The translations under genes and the position numbers were made by a program. Below the pieces are notes generated by a model. The model ran no database searches, was not told the DNA's origin, and saw nothing but the letters and a program-made list of their open reading frames with translations. From Anaeromyxobacteraceae bacterium (GTDB lineage Bacteria > Myxococcota > Myxococcia > Myxococcales > Anaeromyxobacteraceae), in assembly GCA_047602405.1 (NCBI GenBank), contig JASGHJ010000001.1:480001-544000 (forward strand): a stretch of 64,000 bases of DNA, read 5' to 3'. Below, piece after piece: positions 1-10,389 of the stretch. Positions within the stretch are counted from its first letter, which is position 1, and every line of letters begins with the position of its first letter.

Positions 1-36
1 GACGCCGTCGTCTTCGAGCCCCAGGAGCGCTGACCC

Positions 37-1050
37 ATGAACGTCCTCCTCACCGGCGGCGCCGGCTTCATCGGCTCCAACCTCGTCCGGCTGCTCCTCG
101 CCGAGCGGCCCGGCTGGCGCGTCATCGTGCTCGACAAGCTCACGTACGCCGGCAACGCCGAGAACCTGGCCGGGCTCGAGGGGGACCCGCGCTACCGGTT
201 CGTCCGCGGCGACATCTGCAACGGCGAGCTCGTCGCCGACCTCTTCAAGACCGAGCGCATCGACGCGGTCATGCACCTCGCGGCCGAGAGCCACGTGGAC
301 CGCTCGATCCTCGCGCCCTCGGTCTTCATCGAGACGAACGTGCGCGGCACCCAGGTGCTCCTCGAGGCCGCGCGCGAGCTCGGGGTGAAGCGCTTCCTGC
401 ACGTGTCGACCGACGAGGTGTACGGCTCGCTCGGGCCGACCGGCCTCTTCACCGAGAAGACCCCGCTCGATCCGTCGTCGCCGTACTCGGCCTCGAAGGC
501 GTCGAGCGACCTGCTCGCCCTGGCCTACGCGCACACCTTCAAGGTGCCCGTGGTGGTGACGCGCTGCTCGAACAACTACGGGCCGTGGCAGTTCCCGGAG
601 AAGCTCATCCCGCTCATGATCGCGAACGCCGTCCGCGACCTGCCGCTGCCGGTGTACGGCGACGGCATGAACGTGCGCGACTGGATCCACGTCGAGGACC
701 ACTGCCGCGGGCTCCTCGCCGCGCTCGAGCAGGGGCGCGACGGGCAGGTCTACAACTTCGGCGCCTCGAGCGAGCGGCACAACATCGACATCGTGAAGCA
801 GGTGCTCGGGCTCACCGGCAAGCCCGAGGCGCTCATCCGCCACGTGAAGGACCGCCCCGGCCACGACCGCCGCTACGCGATCGACTCGACGAAGGCGCGG
901 GACGAGCTCGGGTGGAAGCCGCGGCACGCCTTCGAGCAGGCGCTCGCCGAGACCGTCCGGTGGTACGTCGAGCACCGCCCGTGGTGGGAGCGGATCATCT
1001 CCGGCGAGTACCTGAAGTACTACGAGCGGCAGTACGGGAAGGGCCCGTAG
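37..1050 (+). CDS. rfbB: dTDP-glucose 4,6-dehydratase
   Basis: TGGAGFIGSN Rossmann motif, HLAAESHVDRSI, STDEVYG, PYSASKA, DRPGHDRRY. Confidence 0.95.
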   Translation: MNVLLTGGAGFIGSNLVRLLLAERPGWRVIVLDKLTYAGNAENLAGLEGDPRYRFVRGDICNGELVADLFKTERIDAVMHLAAESHVDRSILAPSVFIETNVRGTQVLLEAARELGVKRFLHVSTDEVYGSLGPTGLFTEKTPLDPSSPYSASKASSDLLALAYAHTFKVPVVVTRCSNNYGPWQFPEKLIPLMIANAVRDLPLPVYGDGMNVRDWIHVEDHCRGLLAALEQGRDGQVYNFGASSERHNIDIVKQVLGLTGKPEALIRHVKDRPGHDRRYAIDSTKARDELGWKPRHAFEQALAETVRWYVEHRPWWERIISGEYLKYYERQYGKGP

Positions 1051-1083
1051 GCCGGCGGCGTCCCCGCGCGCCGGCCGCTCCGT

Positions 1084-2046
1084 TCACCCCGGCTCGCCGG
1101 TCCGCTCCGCCCGCACCATCCGCTCCACCGTCTCGGCCATCCCGACGTGGGGCGACCAGCCGAGCAGCTTCGCCGCCTTCCCCGGGTTCGCCTTGCCCTC
1201 CGAGATGTCGGAGGGGCGCAGCAGCGCGGGGTCGGTGTCGACGTGCGCGCGCCAGTCGAGCCCCACCGCCGCGAACGCGGCCGCGATGAAGTCCTCGAGC
1301 GAGCTCGTCCTGCCGGTCGCGATGATGAAGTCGTCGGGCCGCTCCTGCTGGAGCATGCGCCACATCGCGTCGACGTACTCCGGCGCCCAGCCCCAGTCGC
1401 GGCGCACGTTGATGTTGCCGAGCTTGAGCCGCTCGCCGCTGCCGCCGGCGATGCGGACGGCGGCGGAGACGATCTTGCGCGTCACGAAGCGCTCGGGGCG
1501 CAGCGGGGACTCGTGGTTGAAGAGCACGCCGTTGCACGCGAAGATCCGGTACGCCTCGCGGTAGTTCGCGACCACGAAGTGCGCCGCGGCCTTCGCGGCG
1601 GCGTACGGGCTGCGCGGGCGGAACGGCGTGTCCTCGGTGGCCGGCACGCCGAGCGTGTCGCCGAAGCACTCGCCGGAGCCCGCGTTGTAGAAGCGCACCG
1701 GCCGCTTGATGAACCGGATCGCCTCCAGGAGGTTGAGCGTCGCGAGCGTCACGCTCTCCATCGTCTCGACCGGCTGGTCGAAGGAGAGGCCGACCGAGCT
1801 CTGCCCGGAGAGGTTGTAGACCTCGTCCGGCTCGGTCTGCGCGAGGGCGGTGAGGACGCTCCGGAAGTCGTTCGGCGCGACCGAGAGGAGCTTCACCCGG
1901 TCGCGGATCTTCAGCGCCTTCAGCCCGTCGAAGCGGCTGAGGTTCGCGTCGCGCGAGGTGCCGAAGACCTCGTAGCCCTTCGCGAGGAGCAGGCGGGCCA
2001 GGTAGGCGCCGTCCTGACCGGAGACGCCGATGACGAGTGCGCGCAA
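1084..2046 (-). CDS. gmd: GDP-mannose 4,6-dehydratase
   Basis: GVSGQDGAYLA, FNHESPLRPERFVTRKI, RDWGWA; start placed at TTG 2046 after GGAGG. Confidence 0.9.
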   Translation of the reverse strand: MRALVIGVSGQDGAYLARLLLAKGYEVFGTSRDANLSRFDGLKALKIRDRVKLLSVAPNDFRSVLTALAQTEPDEVYNLSGQSSVGLSFDQPVETMESVTLATLNLLEAIRFIKRPVRFYNAGSGECFGDTLGVPATEDTPFRPRSPYAAAKAAAHFVVANYREAYRIFACNGVLFNHESPLRPERFVTRKIVSAAVRIAGGSGERLKLGNINVRRDWGWAPEYVDAMWRMLQQERPDDFIIATGRTSSLEDFIAAAFAAVGLDWRAHVDTDPALLRPSDISEGKANPGKAAKLLGWSPHVGMAETVERMVRAERTGEPG

Positions 2047-2060
2047 GGCGACCTCCCGGA

Positions 2061-3152
2061 CTACTTCGCCGCGATCCAGCCGTCCTTCACGAGCAGCTCG
2101 GCCGTGAGCACCGCCCCGCCCGCCGCGCCGCGCACCGTGTTGTGCGACAGCGAGACGAAGCGCCAGCCGAAGAGCGGGTCGGGCCGGAGCCGGCCGATGG
2201 CCACGCCCATGCCGTTGCCGATGTCGCGGTCGAGCCGCGTCTGCGGGCGGGCGTCGTCCTCGAAGTAGGTGAGGAACGGCCGCGGCGCGCTCGGGAGCTC
2301 GAGCTCCTGGGGGCGCGGCACCCAGGCCTTCCACGCGGCGAGGATCTCCTCGCGCGTCGGCTTCTTCTCGAACTCGACGAACGCGGCGGCCATGTGGCCG
2401 TCGGAGGCGGGGACGCGGATGCACTGCGCCGAGATCACCGGCGCGGTGGCCTTCTCGATCGCGCTCGCGCCGAGCTTGCCCCAGATCTTGAGCGGCTCGT
2501 TCTCGCTCTTCTCCTCCTCGCCCTTGATGAAGGGGATGAGGTTGTCCTGCATCTCGGGCCAGGTCTCGAAGGTCTTCCCGGCGCCGGAGATCGCCTGGTA
2601 GGTGCAGACCGCGACGCGCCGGGGGCCGAAGCCCATGAGCGGGTGGAGGGCCGGGACGTAGCTCTGGAGCGAGCAGTTCGGCTTCACCGCGACGAAGCCG
2701 CGCTTCGCGCCGAGGCGGCGCCGCTGGGCCTCGATGACCTTCGCGTGCTCCCAGTTGATCTCGGGGATCATCATCGGCACGTCGGGCGTGCCGCGGTGGG
2801 CCGAGTTGTTGGAGACGAGCGGGGTCTCGTGGCGCGCGTAGGCCTCCTCGAGCTTCGCCGTCTCCTCCTTCGACATGTCGACGGCGCAGAAGACGAAGTC
2901 GACCTCGGCGGAGATGGCCTCGACCTCGGCGGCGTTCTTCACGACGAGCCCGGCGACCGCCGACGGCATCGGCGCGGCGAGCGCCCAGCGTCCGCGCACC
3001 GCCTCGGCGTAGGGCTTGCCGGCCGAGGAGGGGCTCGCCGCGACGAGCGTCACCTCGAACCAGGGGTGCCTCTCGAGCAGCGTGAGGAACCGCTGCCCGA
3101 CCATGCCCGTCGCGCCCAGCACTCCGACCTTGAGCTTCCGCTGCGGTGCCAT
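2061..3152 (-). CDS. asd: aspartate-semialdehyde dehydrogenase
   Basis: VGVLGATGMVGQ, KPNCS catalytic Cys, QAISGAG, HNTVRGAAGG. Confidence 0.95.
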   Translation of the reverse strand: MAPQRKLKVGVLGATGMVGQRFLTLLERHPWFEVTLVAASPSSAGKPYAEAVRGRWALAAPMPSAVAGLVVKNAAEVEAISAEVDFVFCAVDMSKEETAKLEEAYARHETPLVSNNSAHRGTPDVPMMIPEINWEHAKVIEAQRRRLGAKRGFVAVKPNCSLQSYVPALHPLMGFGPRRVAVCTYQAISGAGKTFETWPEMQDNLIPFIKGEEEKSENEPLKIWGKLGASAIEKATAPVISAQCIRVPASDGHMAAAFVEFEKKPTREEILAAWKAWVPRPQELELPSAPRPFLTYFEDDARPQTRLDRDIGNGMGVAIGRLRPDPLFGWRFVSLSHNTVRGAAGGAVLTAELLVKDGWIAAK

Positions 3153-3280
3153 CCGTCCGTCCTCGCGAGAAAAGGGCCGCAGGATATCACCCCTGCCGGG
3201 TATCCGCCAAAGCGGATGCCCCGGGCCCTGGCCGCCGCCCGGCCGGAATGCAGCGGGCAGGCGCAGGGTTTCACGGGAGC

Positions 3281-3523
3281 ATGGCTGCCGCACCGCAGCG
3301 CGTTCGCCTGATCGTCCGTCCCGGGACCTCGCCGCAGCGCGTCCGGGCGCTCGCCGCCTGGGTGCGCGTCCTCTTGCCCGCGGCGATGCTGGTCATCGCC
3401 GCCCCCGGCGCGCTCGGCGACGCGGACGGCGACGACGTGCCGGACACGATCTCGGTCGACGCGGACGCGGTGCCCTCCGGGCCGCTGTCGCTCGCGTCGG
3501 CGCTCACCCGCGGGAAGCGTTGA
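3281..3523 (+). CDS. small hypothetical membrane protein
   Basis: ATG after GGGAG, one hydrophobic helix then an acidic tail; fills the asd-truA gap. Confidence 0.4.
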   Translation: MAAAPQRVRLIVRPGTSPQRVRALAAWVRVLLPAAMLVIAAPGALGDADGDDVPDTISVDADAVPSGPLSLASALTRGKR

Positions 3524-4262
3524 CTCCGTAAAAGACCTCGTCGAGGCACAGCCCCTGAGGCGGCGCGGTGCGGCCGGCCCTCGTGCGGTCCTTCGAGGCG
3601 AGCACCTCGGCGACCCACGCCGGCTCGCGGCGGCCCTGGCCGACCTCGACGAGCGTGCCGACGAAGTTGCGGATCATGTGCTTCACGAACGCGGTCGCCT
3701 CGACGAAGATCTCGATCCGCCCGCTCGCGGCCTCGACGAGCTCGAGCCGGCGCACGTCGCGCACCGCGTGCTCGGACGCGCAGTCGGCGGCCTGGAACGC
3801 GGCGAAGTCGTGGCGGCCGACGAGGTGCTCCGCGCCCGCGCGCATCGCGGCGACGTCGAGCCTCCCGAAGAGCTGCCAGGCGCGCCGCCGGGTGAGCGGG
3901 GCGCGCGTCTCGAGCTGCTCGATGGTGTAGACGTAGCGCTTGCCGAGCGCGCTCCGGCGCGCGTCGAAGCCGTCGGGCTCGACGCTCGCCGCGCGCACCG
4001 CGACGTCCTCGGGCAGGAGCGCGTTCATCCCCTTGACGTACGCGGTGAGCGGGAGCGGCCGCTCCTCCGGGAACGACACCACCTGCCCGCGCGCGTGCAC
4101 GCCCGCGTCGGTGCGGCCGGCCGCGGTGACGCGGCCCTCGACCTTGCGGAGCGTCGCGAGCGCGCGCTCGAGCTCGGCCTGGATGGACGGGCCGTTCGGC
4201 TGGACCTGCCAGCCCACGTAGCGCGTCCCGTCGTACTCCACGATGAGCTTCACGACCGGCAC
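3504..4262 (-). CDS. truA: tRNA pseudouridine(38-40) synthase
   Basis: YDGTRYVGWQVQ, AGRTDAGVHA, FVKHMIR, TAPPQGL. Confidence 0.95.
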   Translation of the reverse strand: MPVVKLIVEYDGTRYVGWQVQPNGPSIQAELERALATLRKVEGRVTAAGRTDAGVHARGQVVSFPEERPLPLTAYVKGMNALLPEDVAVRAASVEPDGFDARRSALGKRYVYTIEQLETRAPLTRRRAWQLFGRLDVAAMRAGAEHLVGRHDFAAFQAADCASEHAVRDVRRLELVEAASGRIEIFVEATAFVKHMIRNFVGTLVEVGQGRREPAWVAEVLASKDRTRAGRTAPPQGLCLDEVFYGVNASRG

Positions 4263-4296
4263 GGGCGGACGCTACCACCGGGGCACTCCGCTGTCC

Positions 4297-4356
4297 TTCC
4301 GGGGGGCTCGGCGCCCCCCGCCCCGCTGAGCGAAGCTCATCGAGGCCCCACCCCGG
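4297..4356. repeat. intergenic multi-hairpin (REP-like) element
   Basis: cggggggc-tcggc-gccccccg (4300-4320) and tgagc-gaa-gctca (4327-4339) stems; single copy in the window. Confidence 0.35.
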
Positions 4357-4383
4357 CAGCAGCCACGCCGCTAGGATGCGGCG

Positions 4384-5904
4384 GTGCCCTCACCCACCGA
4401 TCGCCTCGCCCGGCTCGGCCCGGCCGTGCTCGCGGGCGCGACCTTCGTCCTGCACGCCGCCGCCTGGGACCGCTACGGCGTCTTCCGCGACGAGCTGTAC
4501 TTCATCGCCTGCGGGCTCCGGCCGTCGGTGGGCTACCTCGACCAGCCGCCCGGCATCGCGCTCGTGGCCGGGCTCGCCCACGCGGTCTTCGGCACCTGGG
4601 TCCCCGGGCTGCGCCTGCCGGCGTGGCTGGCGGCCGCCGCGATCGTCTGGCTCGCCGGGCGGCTCGCCCTCCGGCTCGGCGGCGGCGGGCGCGCGGCGGT
4701 GCTGGCCTCGCTCGCCGTGACGTGCGCGCCGCTCCTGCGCGGCCTCGGCCACCTCCTCACGATGAACGTCTTCGAGGGGCTGCTCGTCCTCGCGCTCGCG
4801 AACGTGCTCGTCGACCTCGCGCGGGGCGAGGCCTCCCCCCGCGCCTGGGTGGCCGCCGGCGCCCTCGCGGCCGGCGCGGTGCTCATGAAGTACAGCTCCG
4901 CGATGCTGGTCCTCGCCTTCCTGGCGGGCCTCGTCGCGACGCCGGCGCGCGCCGTGCTCCGCACGCGGTGGGTCCTCGCCGGCGCCGCGCTCGGGCTCGC
5001 GCTCGTCCTGCCGAACGTGCTCTGGCAGGCGTCGCAGGGCTTCCCGTTCCTGGAGCTCGTCCGCAACGGGCAGCTCCACAAGAACGCGCCGTTCTCCCTC
5101 GGCGGCTTCCTCGGCTCGCTCGCGATGGACGGCGGCCCCTGGAACGCGCTCGTCGCGCTCGCGGGCCTCGCCTGGCTCCTGTCGCGCGCGGCGGGCCCGG
5201 CGCACTTCCTCGGGTTCGGCGCGCTCCTCTACCTCCTCGCCCTCCTCGCGACGAAGGGGAAGGCCTACTACTTCGGCATCGCGCTCCCGGTGCTGCTCGC
5301 GGCCGGCGCGGTCGCCCTCGCGCGTCTCCTCGAGCACCGCCCCCGGCTCCTCGTCGCGACCGCCGCGCTCGTCGCGACCCAGCTCGCCGCCGCGCCGCTC
5401 GCCATCCCGCTCCTCTCCGAGGAGAGGTTCGTCGCGTACCAGGCGGCGCTCGGCGTACGGCCGGCCGCGCTCGAGCGCGACCGCCAGGGCGCGCTCCCGC
5501 AGGTGTACGCCGACATGCACGGCTGGCAGGCGCTCGCGGATGCCGTGGCGCGCGTCGCCCGGACGCTGCCCGAGGCCGAGCGCGCCACCGCGGTCGTGTT
5601 CGGGGAGAACTACGGCCAGGCGGCCGCGGTCGACCTGCTCGCCGCGCCCGGCACGCCGCCTGCCGTGTCCGGGCACAACCACTACGGGCTGTGGGGCATC
5701 CCGCCCGGCCGCGGCGACCCGGTCATCGTCGTCGGCGACGACCACGAGGACTGCGCCCACGCCTTCCGCGAGGTCGTGAAGGTCGAGACCCTCCCGCACG
5801 ATCCCTGGGTCAGGCCGGCGGAGGACGGGAAGTCGCTCTGGATCTGCCGCGGCGCGACGCAGCCGCTCGGGGCGCTGTGGCCCCGGCTCCGGCACGTGAA
5901 CTGA
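4384..5904 (+). CDS. GT-C fold glycosyltransferase family 39 (ArnT/PMT-like) membrane protein
   Basis: FRDELYF..GYLDQPP motif, many TM helices, C-terminal NYGQAAA..SGHNHY. Confidence 0.8.
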   Translation: MPSPTDRLARLGPAVLAGATFVLHAAAWDRYGVFRDELYFIACGLRPSVGYLDQPPGIALVAGLAHAVFGTWVPGLRLPAWLAAAAIVWLAGRLALRLGGGGRAAVLASLAVTCAPLLRGLGHLLTMNVFEGLLVLALANVLVDLARGEASPRAWVAAGALAAGAVLMKYSSAMLVLAFLAGLVATPARAVLRTRWVLAGAALGLALVLPNVLWQASQGFPFLELVRNGQLHKNAPFSLGGFLGSLAMDGGPWNALVALAGLAWLLSRAAGPAHFLGFGALLYLLALLATKGKAYYFGIALPVLLAAGAVALARLLEHRPRLLVATAALVATQLAAAPLAIPLLSEERFVAYQAALGVRPAALERDRQGALPQVYADMHGWQALADAVARVARTLPEAERATAVVFGENYGQAAAVDLLAAPGTPPAVSGHNHYGLWGIPPGRGDPVIVVGDDHEDCAHAFREVVKVETLPHDPWVRPAEDGKSLWICRGATQPLGALWPRLRHVN

Positions 5905-5952
5905 TCGGTCCCTGGCCCTCCGGCGCGGCCGGCGATCCTGCGCTCGCGTTCG

Positions 5953-6002
5953 TTGACCGGGCGCCTCCGGCCGCGCTATATGCCTTCAACTTTCCTTGAA
6001 GG
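5953..6002 (+). promoter_or_regulatory. sigma70-like promoter with overlapping palindromic operator
   Basis: TTGACC (5953), 18 nt, TATATG (5977); CCTTCAA-ctttcc-TTGAAGG at 5983-6002. Confidence 0.55.
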
Positions 6003-6012
6003 AATTCTCCAC

Positions 6013-7056
6013 GTGAAGGATCAGGCCGTCCTCTCCCAGCTCGAAGAGAGCGCCCTGCGCGGCGTGCGCCCGGAGCGCGCGCAGGCCGCGCTCGCGGACG
6101 TGCCGAACCTCCTGGAGACGCTCTCCACGCTCGAGGCCGAGCTCACCCGCGCCACCGAGGACGCCGAGGCGAAGCTGCAGGCCGCCGCGCGCCACCTCGT
6201 CTCCGCGGGCGGCAAGCGCATCCGCCCGATGGTGACGCTGCTCTCCTGCGGCGCGTGCGGCGGCGAGATGTCGACCGCGGTGCCGTACGCCGTCTCGGCC
6301 GAGCTCACGCACTCGGCGACGCTGCTCCACGACGACGTCATCGACGACGGCCCGGTGCGCCGCGGCCAGCCCGCCTCGCGCGTCATCTGGGGGAACGCGG
6401 TCTCGGTGCTCTCGGGCGACTGGCTCCTCACCCGCGCGCTCGAGGTGGTGTCGCGCGAGCCCGGCCGCCCGGCCGCGCTCCCCGCGCTGCTCGCCACGAT
6501 GCGGCGGCTCGTCGAGGGCGAGGTGCTGCAGCTCTCCTTGCGGGGCACGTTCGCCGCGAGCGAGAAGGACTACCTCGACGTCGTCATCGGCAAGACCGCC
6601 TCGCTGTTCGGCTGGGCCGCCGCCGCGGGGGCCTGGGCCGCCGGGAAGAACGGCGCCCTCCCCGACGCGCTCTCCCGCTTCGGCGAGGGCATCGGCATCG
6701 CGTTCCAGCTCGTCGACGACGCGCTCGACTACGCGGCCGACCCCGCGCTGCTCGGCAAGCGGCTCGGCACCGATCTCATCGAGGGCAAGGCCACCCTGCC
6801 GCTCATCCGGGCCTGCGAGGCCGAGCCCCGGCTGCGCGAGCGGCTCGCCGCGCTCGTCGCCGGCAAGGACGAGGGCGACGCGGTCGCGGCCGACGTCATC
6901 GGCGTCGTGAAGAAGGTCGGCGGCGTCGAGGCCGCCCGCGCGATGGCCCGCGAGCACACGCACCGCGCGATGGCCGCGCTCGACGAGGTCCCGGACGGCG
7001 TGCACCGCCGGGCGCTCCGCGAGGCCGCGGGGCACCTCACCGAGCGGGCGTTCTAG
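6013..7056 (+). CDS. polyprenyl (octaprenyl-type) diphosphate synthase
   Basis: GGKRIRP, LLHDDVID, KTASLF, FQLVDDALD. Confidence 0.92.
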   Translation: MKDQAVLSQLEESALRGVRPERAQAALADVPNLLETLSTLEAELTRATEDAEAKLQAAARHLVSAGGKRIRPMVTLLSCGACGGEMSTAVPYAVSAELTHSATLLHDDVIDDGPVRRGQPASRVIWGNAVSVLSGDWLLTRALEVVSREPGRPAALPALLATMRRLVEGEVLQLSLRGTFAASEKDYLDVVIGKTASLFGWAAAAGAWAAGKNGALPDALSRFGEGIGIAFQLVDDALDYAADPALLGKRLGTDLIEGKATLPLIRACEAEPRLRERLAALVAGKDEGDAVAADVIGVVKKVGGVEAARAMAREHTHRAMAALDEVPDGVHRRALREAAGHLTERAF

Positions 7057-8612
7057 GGCGCGGGCGGCGGCGGCACGCCCAGCCGGGCCGGCAGGACACC
7101 ATCCGGCACGTCGGCGGGAGTCCGCGAGACCTCCACCCAGCTCGCACCGTCGTACTGGAAGTCGATCGCGCGGGAGGAGGCCGGGCCCGGGCTGGTCCAG
7201 GGCGAGAGCCGGAACACCGGGTGCCAGGACACGGCGCCGAGCGGTCCGCCGGACGCGTTGCGGATCCGGATGGTGATGCGCTGCCCCGGCGCGGGGTTGA
7301 TGGGCGGCTCCAGCCGGAAGGGGTCCCGCCGGGTCGCCGTGATGACGTGCTCGTTCCCCGCCGCGGCGTCGATGACGAGCCGCTCGGCGAAGACCGGCGT
7401 GACACGGCCCGTGACGAGCGCGGGGGCCCGCACCCGCGCCCCTTCCACCGCGAGCGTCGCCGCGCCGCGCTCCCCGGTCCTCCGGAGCTGCACGTCCGCG
7501 GTGCCGGTGGCGGCGCCCGCCTCGCCCGCCGGGAAGTCGAGCCCGTGGAAGACCATCGGGTGCTCCAGCCAGAGGTTGCTCTTCGACCCCGACATCCCCG
7601 CCGCGGGCACCTGCCGCTCGCCGAGCCTGATCGAGCCGGCGATGCTCAGCTCGCCCGACACCCAGCGGCCGAACCACGCCGTGGGCGTGCGCGCGAAGGG
7701 GAGCTCGACGGCGACCGCGCCCGCCCCGCCCGCGTCGTCGATCTCGCCTCCCTGGAGCTCCAGCGCCGGCTCGGGCGCCCACGAGCGCTCCAGCACGACG
7801 TGGCCCACCGCGTCGCCCGGCACGTCCACGTAGCACCCGCTGCAGCCGAGCCGCACGCTGTCGAGGTGGATCGCGGTGGCGCCCGGGGCGTTCCAGCCGT
7901 TGAAGTGCGCGTTCGCGGCGAAGATCGCGGTCACGAACCCCGGCCCGTACTCGGCCCGGAAGCCCGACCTGCGCGCCGCGGAGGTGTGGAAGTTCGAGAA
8001 CCAGATCGCGAAGCTCGAGGCCGTCGGCGTGGACTCGATGCGCACGTTGTCGCGGCCGAACCCGGTCGCGATCACGCCGTCCACCGTCACCCCCTGGGCA
8101 CCGCGCACGACGAGCCCGTCGCTCGAGCCACCCGCGCCCGTGCCGACCAGCGCCAGGTCGCGGATCGTGATGCCCTGGCGCCGGACCAGCCCCCCGCCCA
8201 CCTGGAGGACCGGGACCGTCGGATCACCCGGACGCAGGGACGTCGCGGCGAGGCCGCTGTCCACGTTGCCGGAGCCCGCGCCCTCGATCCGGACCCGATC
8301 GGCGTCGACGAGCAGGTTCATGCGGTAGGTGCCGCGTGGGACGACGATGGTCCCGCCGTTTCCCCGCACCGCGGCGTACGCGGCCTGGAAGGCGCCCGTG
8401 TCGTCGGCCACGCCGTCGCCGATCGCGCCGAAGTCCCTCACGTTGACCTGCTCGGCGAACCGGTCGGCGAGCGCGCGCTCAGCCGTGGCGCCGCGCGCCG
8501 TGACCACCACGTCCCCGTTCGTGATCCCGGACCCCTCCGTCGCCGGTGCGACCGGCTCCGCCCCGAGGGCGAGCCCCGGCAGGACCAGCAACGCGATCAG
8601 GCTCTTCGCCAT
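7053..8612 (-). CDS. secreted pectate-lyase-like (parallel beta-helix), tailspike-like protein
   Basis: signal peptide; VNVRDFGAIGDGVADDTGAFQAA Pectate_lyase_3-type motif. Confidence 0.7.
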   Translation of the reverse strand: MAKSLIALLVLPGLALGAEPVAPATEGSGITNGDVVVTARGATAERALADRFAEQVNVRDFGAIGDGVADDTGAFQAAYAAVRGNGGTIVVPRGTYRMNLLVDADRVRIEGAGSGNVDSGLAATSLRPGDPTVPVLQVGGGLVRRQGITIRDLALVGTGAGGSSDGLVVRGAQGVTVDGVIATGFGRDNVRIESTPTASSFAIWFSNFHTSAARRSGFRAEYGPGFVTAIFAANAHFNGWNAPGATAIHLDSVRLGCSGCYVDVPGDAVGHVVLERSWAPEPALELQGGEIDDAGGAGAVAVELPFARTPTAWFGRWVSGELSIAGSIRLGERQVPAAGMSGSKSNLWLEHPMVFHGLDFPAGEAGAATGTADVQLRRTGERGAATLAVEGARVRAPALVTGRVTPVFAERLVIDAAAGNEHVITATRRDPFRLEPPINPAPGQRITIRIRNASGGPLGAVSWHPVFRLSPWTSPGPASSRAIDFQYDGASWVEVSRTPADVPDGVLPARLGVPPPPAP

Positions 8613-8690
8613 GGACCTCTCCCTCCGGGCATCGTGACGAGCACCCTACGTGCGAGGCGGGACGTTGGGTAGCGCCCGACGGGAGTCGGG

Positions 8691-10301
8691 CTACGGCGCC
8701 GCGGGGGAGCGGACCGGCGCGACCGTGGCCGGGTACGCCACCGTCGCGCTCGCCTGCAGCCCCGGCAGGTTGATCCGCGAGAAGTCCCGGTTGGTCCGCT
8801 TCGAGCGCGCGAGCTGCGCGCCGAGCTCGAAGCCACCCACCAGCCAGACCGCGCGTCCGCCCGTGACGAGCTCGACGTCGTGGGCCGGGTACTGCGGCTC
8901 GGTGAACTCGTCGACCGCCCAGTAGTACGCGTCGTTGCGGCGGATCCGCTCGACGAAGCCGCCGAGGCGCCCCCACCCGGTGAACACGTCGACGCCGACG
9001 AACTGCGCGTCGCCTCCGGGCCCGATCGAGGCGCCGAGCATCTGGCCGTCGTGGGTGTATCCCGCGCCGTTGGGGTGCGTGTACCAGACCGGGACGCCCC
9101 GCGGATTCTCGAGCGGCCGCTGCTCCTGGAGGTGCGTGAGCTCCGCCTGAAGCCTCACCCACCCCGGCCCCGCGACCCAGAGCTTCTCGAGGCCGAGCAC
9201 GTACGCCTGGGTGTGATCCGGCTCGTTCACGTAGTTCCCGAGGCTCCACTCCGCGTCGTCGCGTCCCCACTCCGCGTGGATGCGCAGCCCGGCCTCCGGG
9301 AAGGCCCACCGGAAGAACAGCGACGCGAGCTGGTTGTCGGGCTCGAGCTGCTGGGTGACCCCCTGCGACACCGGCAGCAGCTTGTGGAGCGTGAAGTCGC
9401 CCCACCGCTGCACGAAGACGCGCATGGCACCCACCGTCAACCCCGGGATCCAGCGCGGCGTGTAGTCGAGCACGAGCCCGGTGACGAACCCCGCGCGCCG
9501 GTCGGCGGCGTACCGGGTCCGCTCGAGCCGCCCCCAGAACAGGAGCGCCTCCGCCTTCCCGATCCCGACGTCCGCCGGCCTCGACGTCCCGAGGAAGGCG
9601 TGCGGGAACCCAGGGCCCGCGTTCGTCATGAGGAGCGTGTTCCGGATGCCGGGGCCGAGCCAGAGGTTCTCGGTCGAGACCCCGGCGCCCACGTTCCAGG
9701 CGTCGACCCTCAGGTAGCTCTGGCCGGGCGACCACTCCGCGAAGGCACGATCACCGGGGCGGAGCGGGAAGTCGATGAGGTCGCCGTAGTACCGGTTCTG
9801 CCACCGCAGGTCCCCGGTGAGGCCGTTGCCGGGCAGGTAGAAGTCGCGGTTCTGGGAGGCCGCGAGCTCCGGCAGGATCGCCGCCGAGACCGCACCCCAC
9901 CGCAGCCGGAGCCCGCCCGACACCATCCCCGAGAGCCCCCGGCCCTGCCAGACCAGGCCGTCGTTGCCGCTCGCGGGGTACTTCGAGTTCTCGTGGGACG
10001 CGAGCCGGAGCGGGACCACCCCGAGCTCGACCGGGCCCAGGTTCACGGAGGGCGCGGCGGGGAGCGCCCAGGGCAGCGCCGCCCCCGCGCACGTGCCCGC
10101 CGCGCGCGCGCCGGCGCGCCGGATGACGCCGGGCTCCGCCGGCGCGGCGCCGACGAGCTCGGCCGTGCGCAGGAGCTCGACCGCCGGGGTGTCGAGGCCG
10201 TCGATCACCACCTCCGCCCCGGCGTCGCACGGCGCGGCCGCCCGCGCGGTGACGGAGGCGAGCGCGAGGACGGCCACGGCGAAGGGCCCGCGAACGTGCA
10301 T
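8691..10301 (-). CDS. capsule assembly Wzi family outer-membrane protein
   Basis: signal peptide; GVSTENLWLGPGIRNTLLMTNAGPGFPH, DNQLAS, GYTHDGQMLGASIGPG. Confidence 0.75.
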   Translation of the reverse strand: MHVRGPFAVAVLALASVTARAAAPCDAGAEVVIDGLDTPAVELLRTAELVGAAPAEPGVIRRAGARAAGTCAGAALPWALPAAPSVNLGPVELGVVPLRLASHENSKYPASGNDGLVWQGRGLSGMVSGGLRLRWGAVSAAILPELAASQNRDFYLPGNGLTGDLRWQNRYYGDLIDFPLRPGDRAFAEWSPGQSYLRVDAWNVGAGVSTENLWLGPGIRNTLLMTNAGPGFPHAFLGTSRPADVGIGKAEALLFWGRLERTRYAADRRAGFVTGLVLDYTPRWIPGLTVGAMRVFVQRWGDFTLHKLLPVSQGVTQQLEPDNQLASLFFRWAFPEAGLRIHAEWGRDDAEWSLGNYVNEPDHTQAYVLGLEKLWVAGPGWVRLQAELTHLQEQRPLENPRGVPVWYTHPNGAGYTHDGQMLGASIGPGGDAQFVGVDVFTGWGRLGGFVERIRRNDAYYWAVDEFTEPQYPAHDVELVTGGRAVWLVGGFELGAQLARSKRTNRDFSRINLPGLQASATVAYPATVAPVRSPAAP

Positions 10302-10389
10302 GGTCCGCACTCTACCTCACGCCGCGTCATTCCCCTGCGCCACCCATCCCGGCCCCTGTTCACGGCGGGCGCGATGCTACGCTCGGTTC

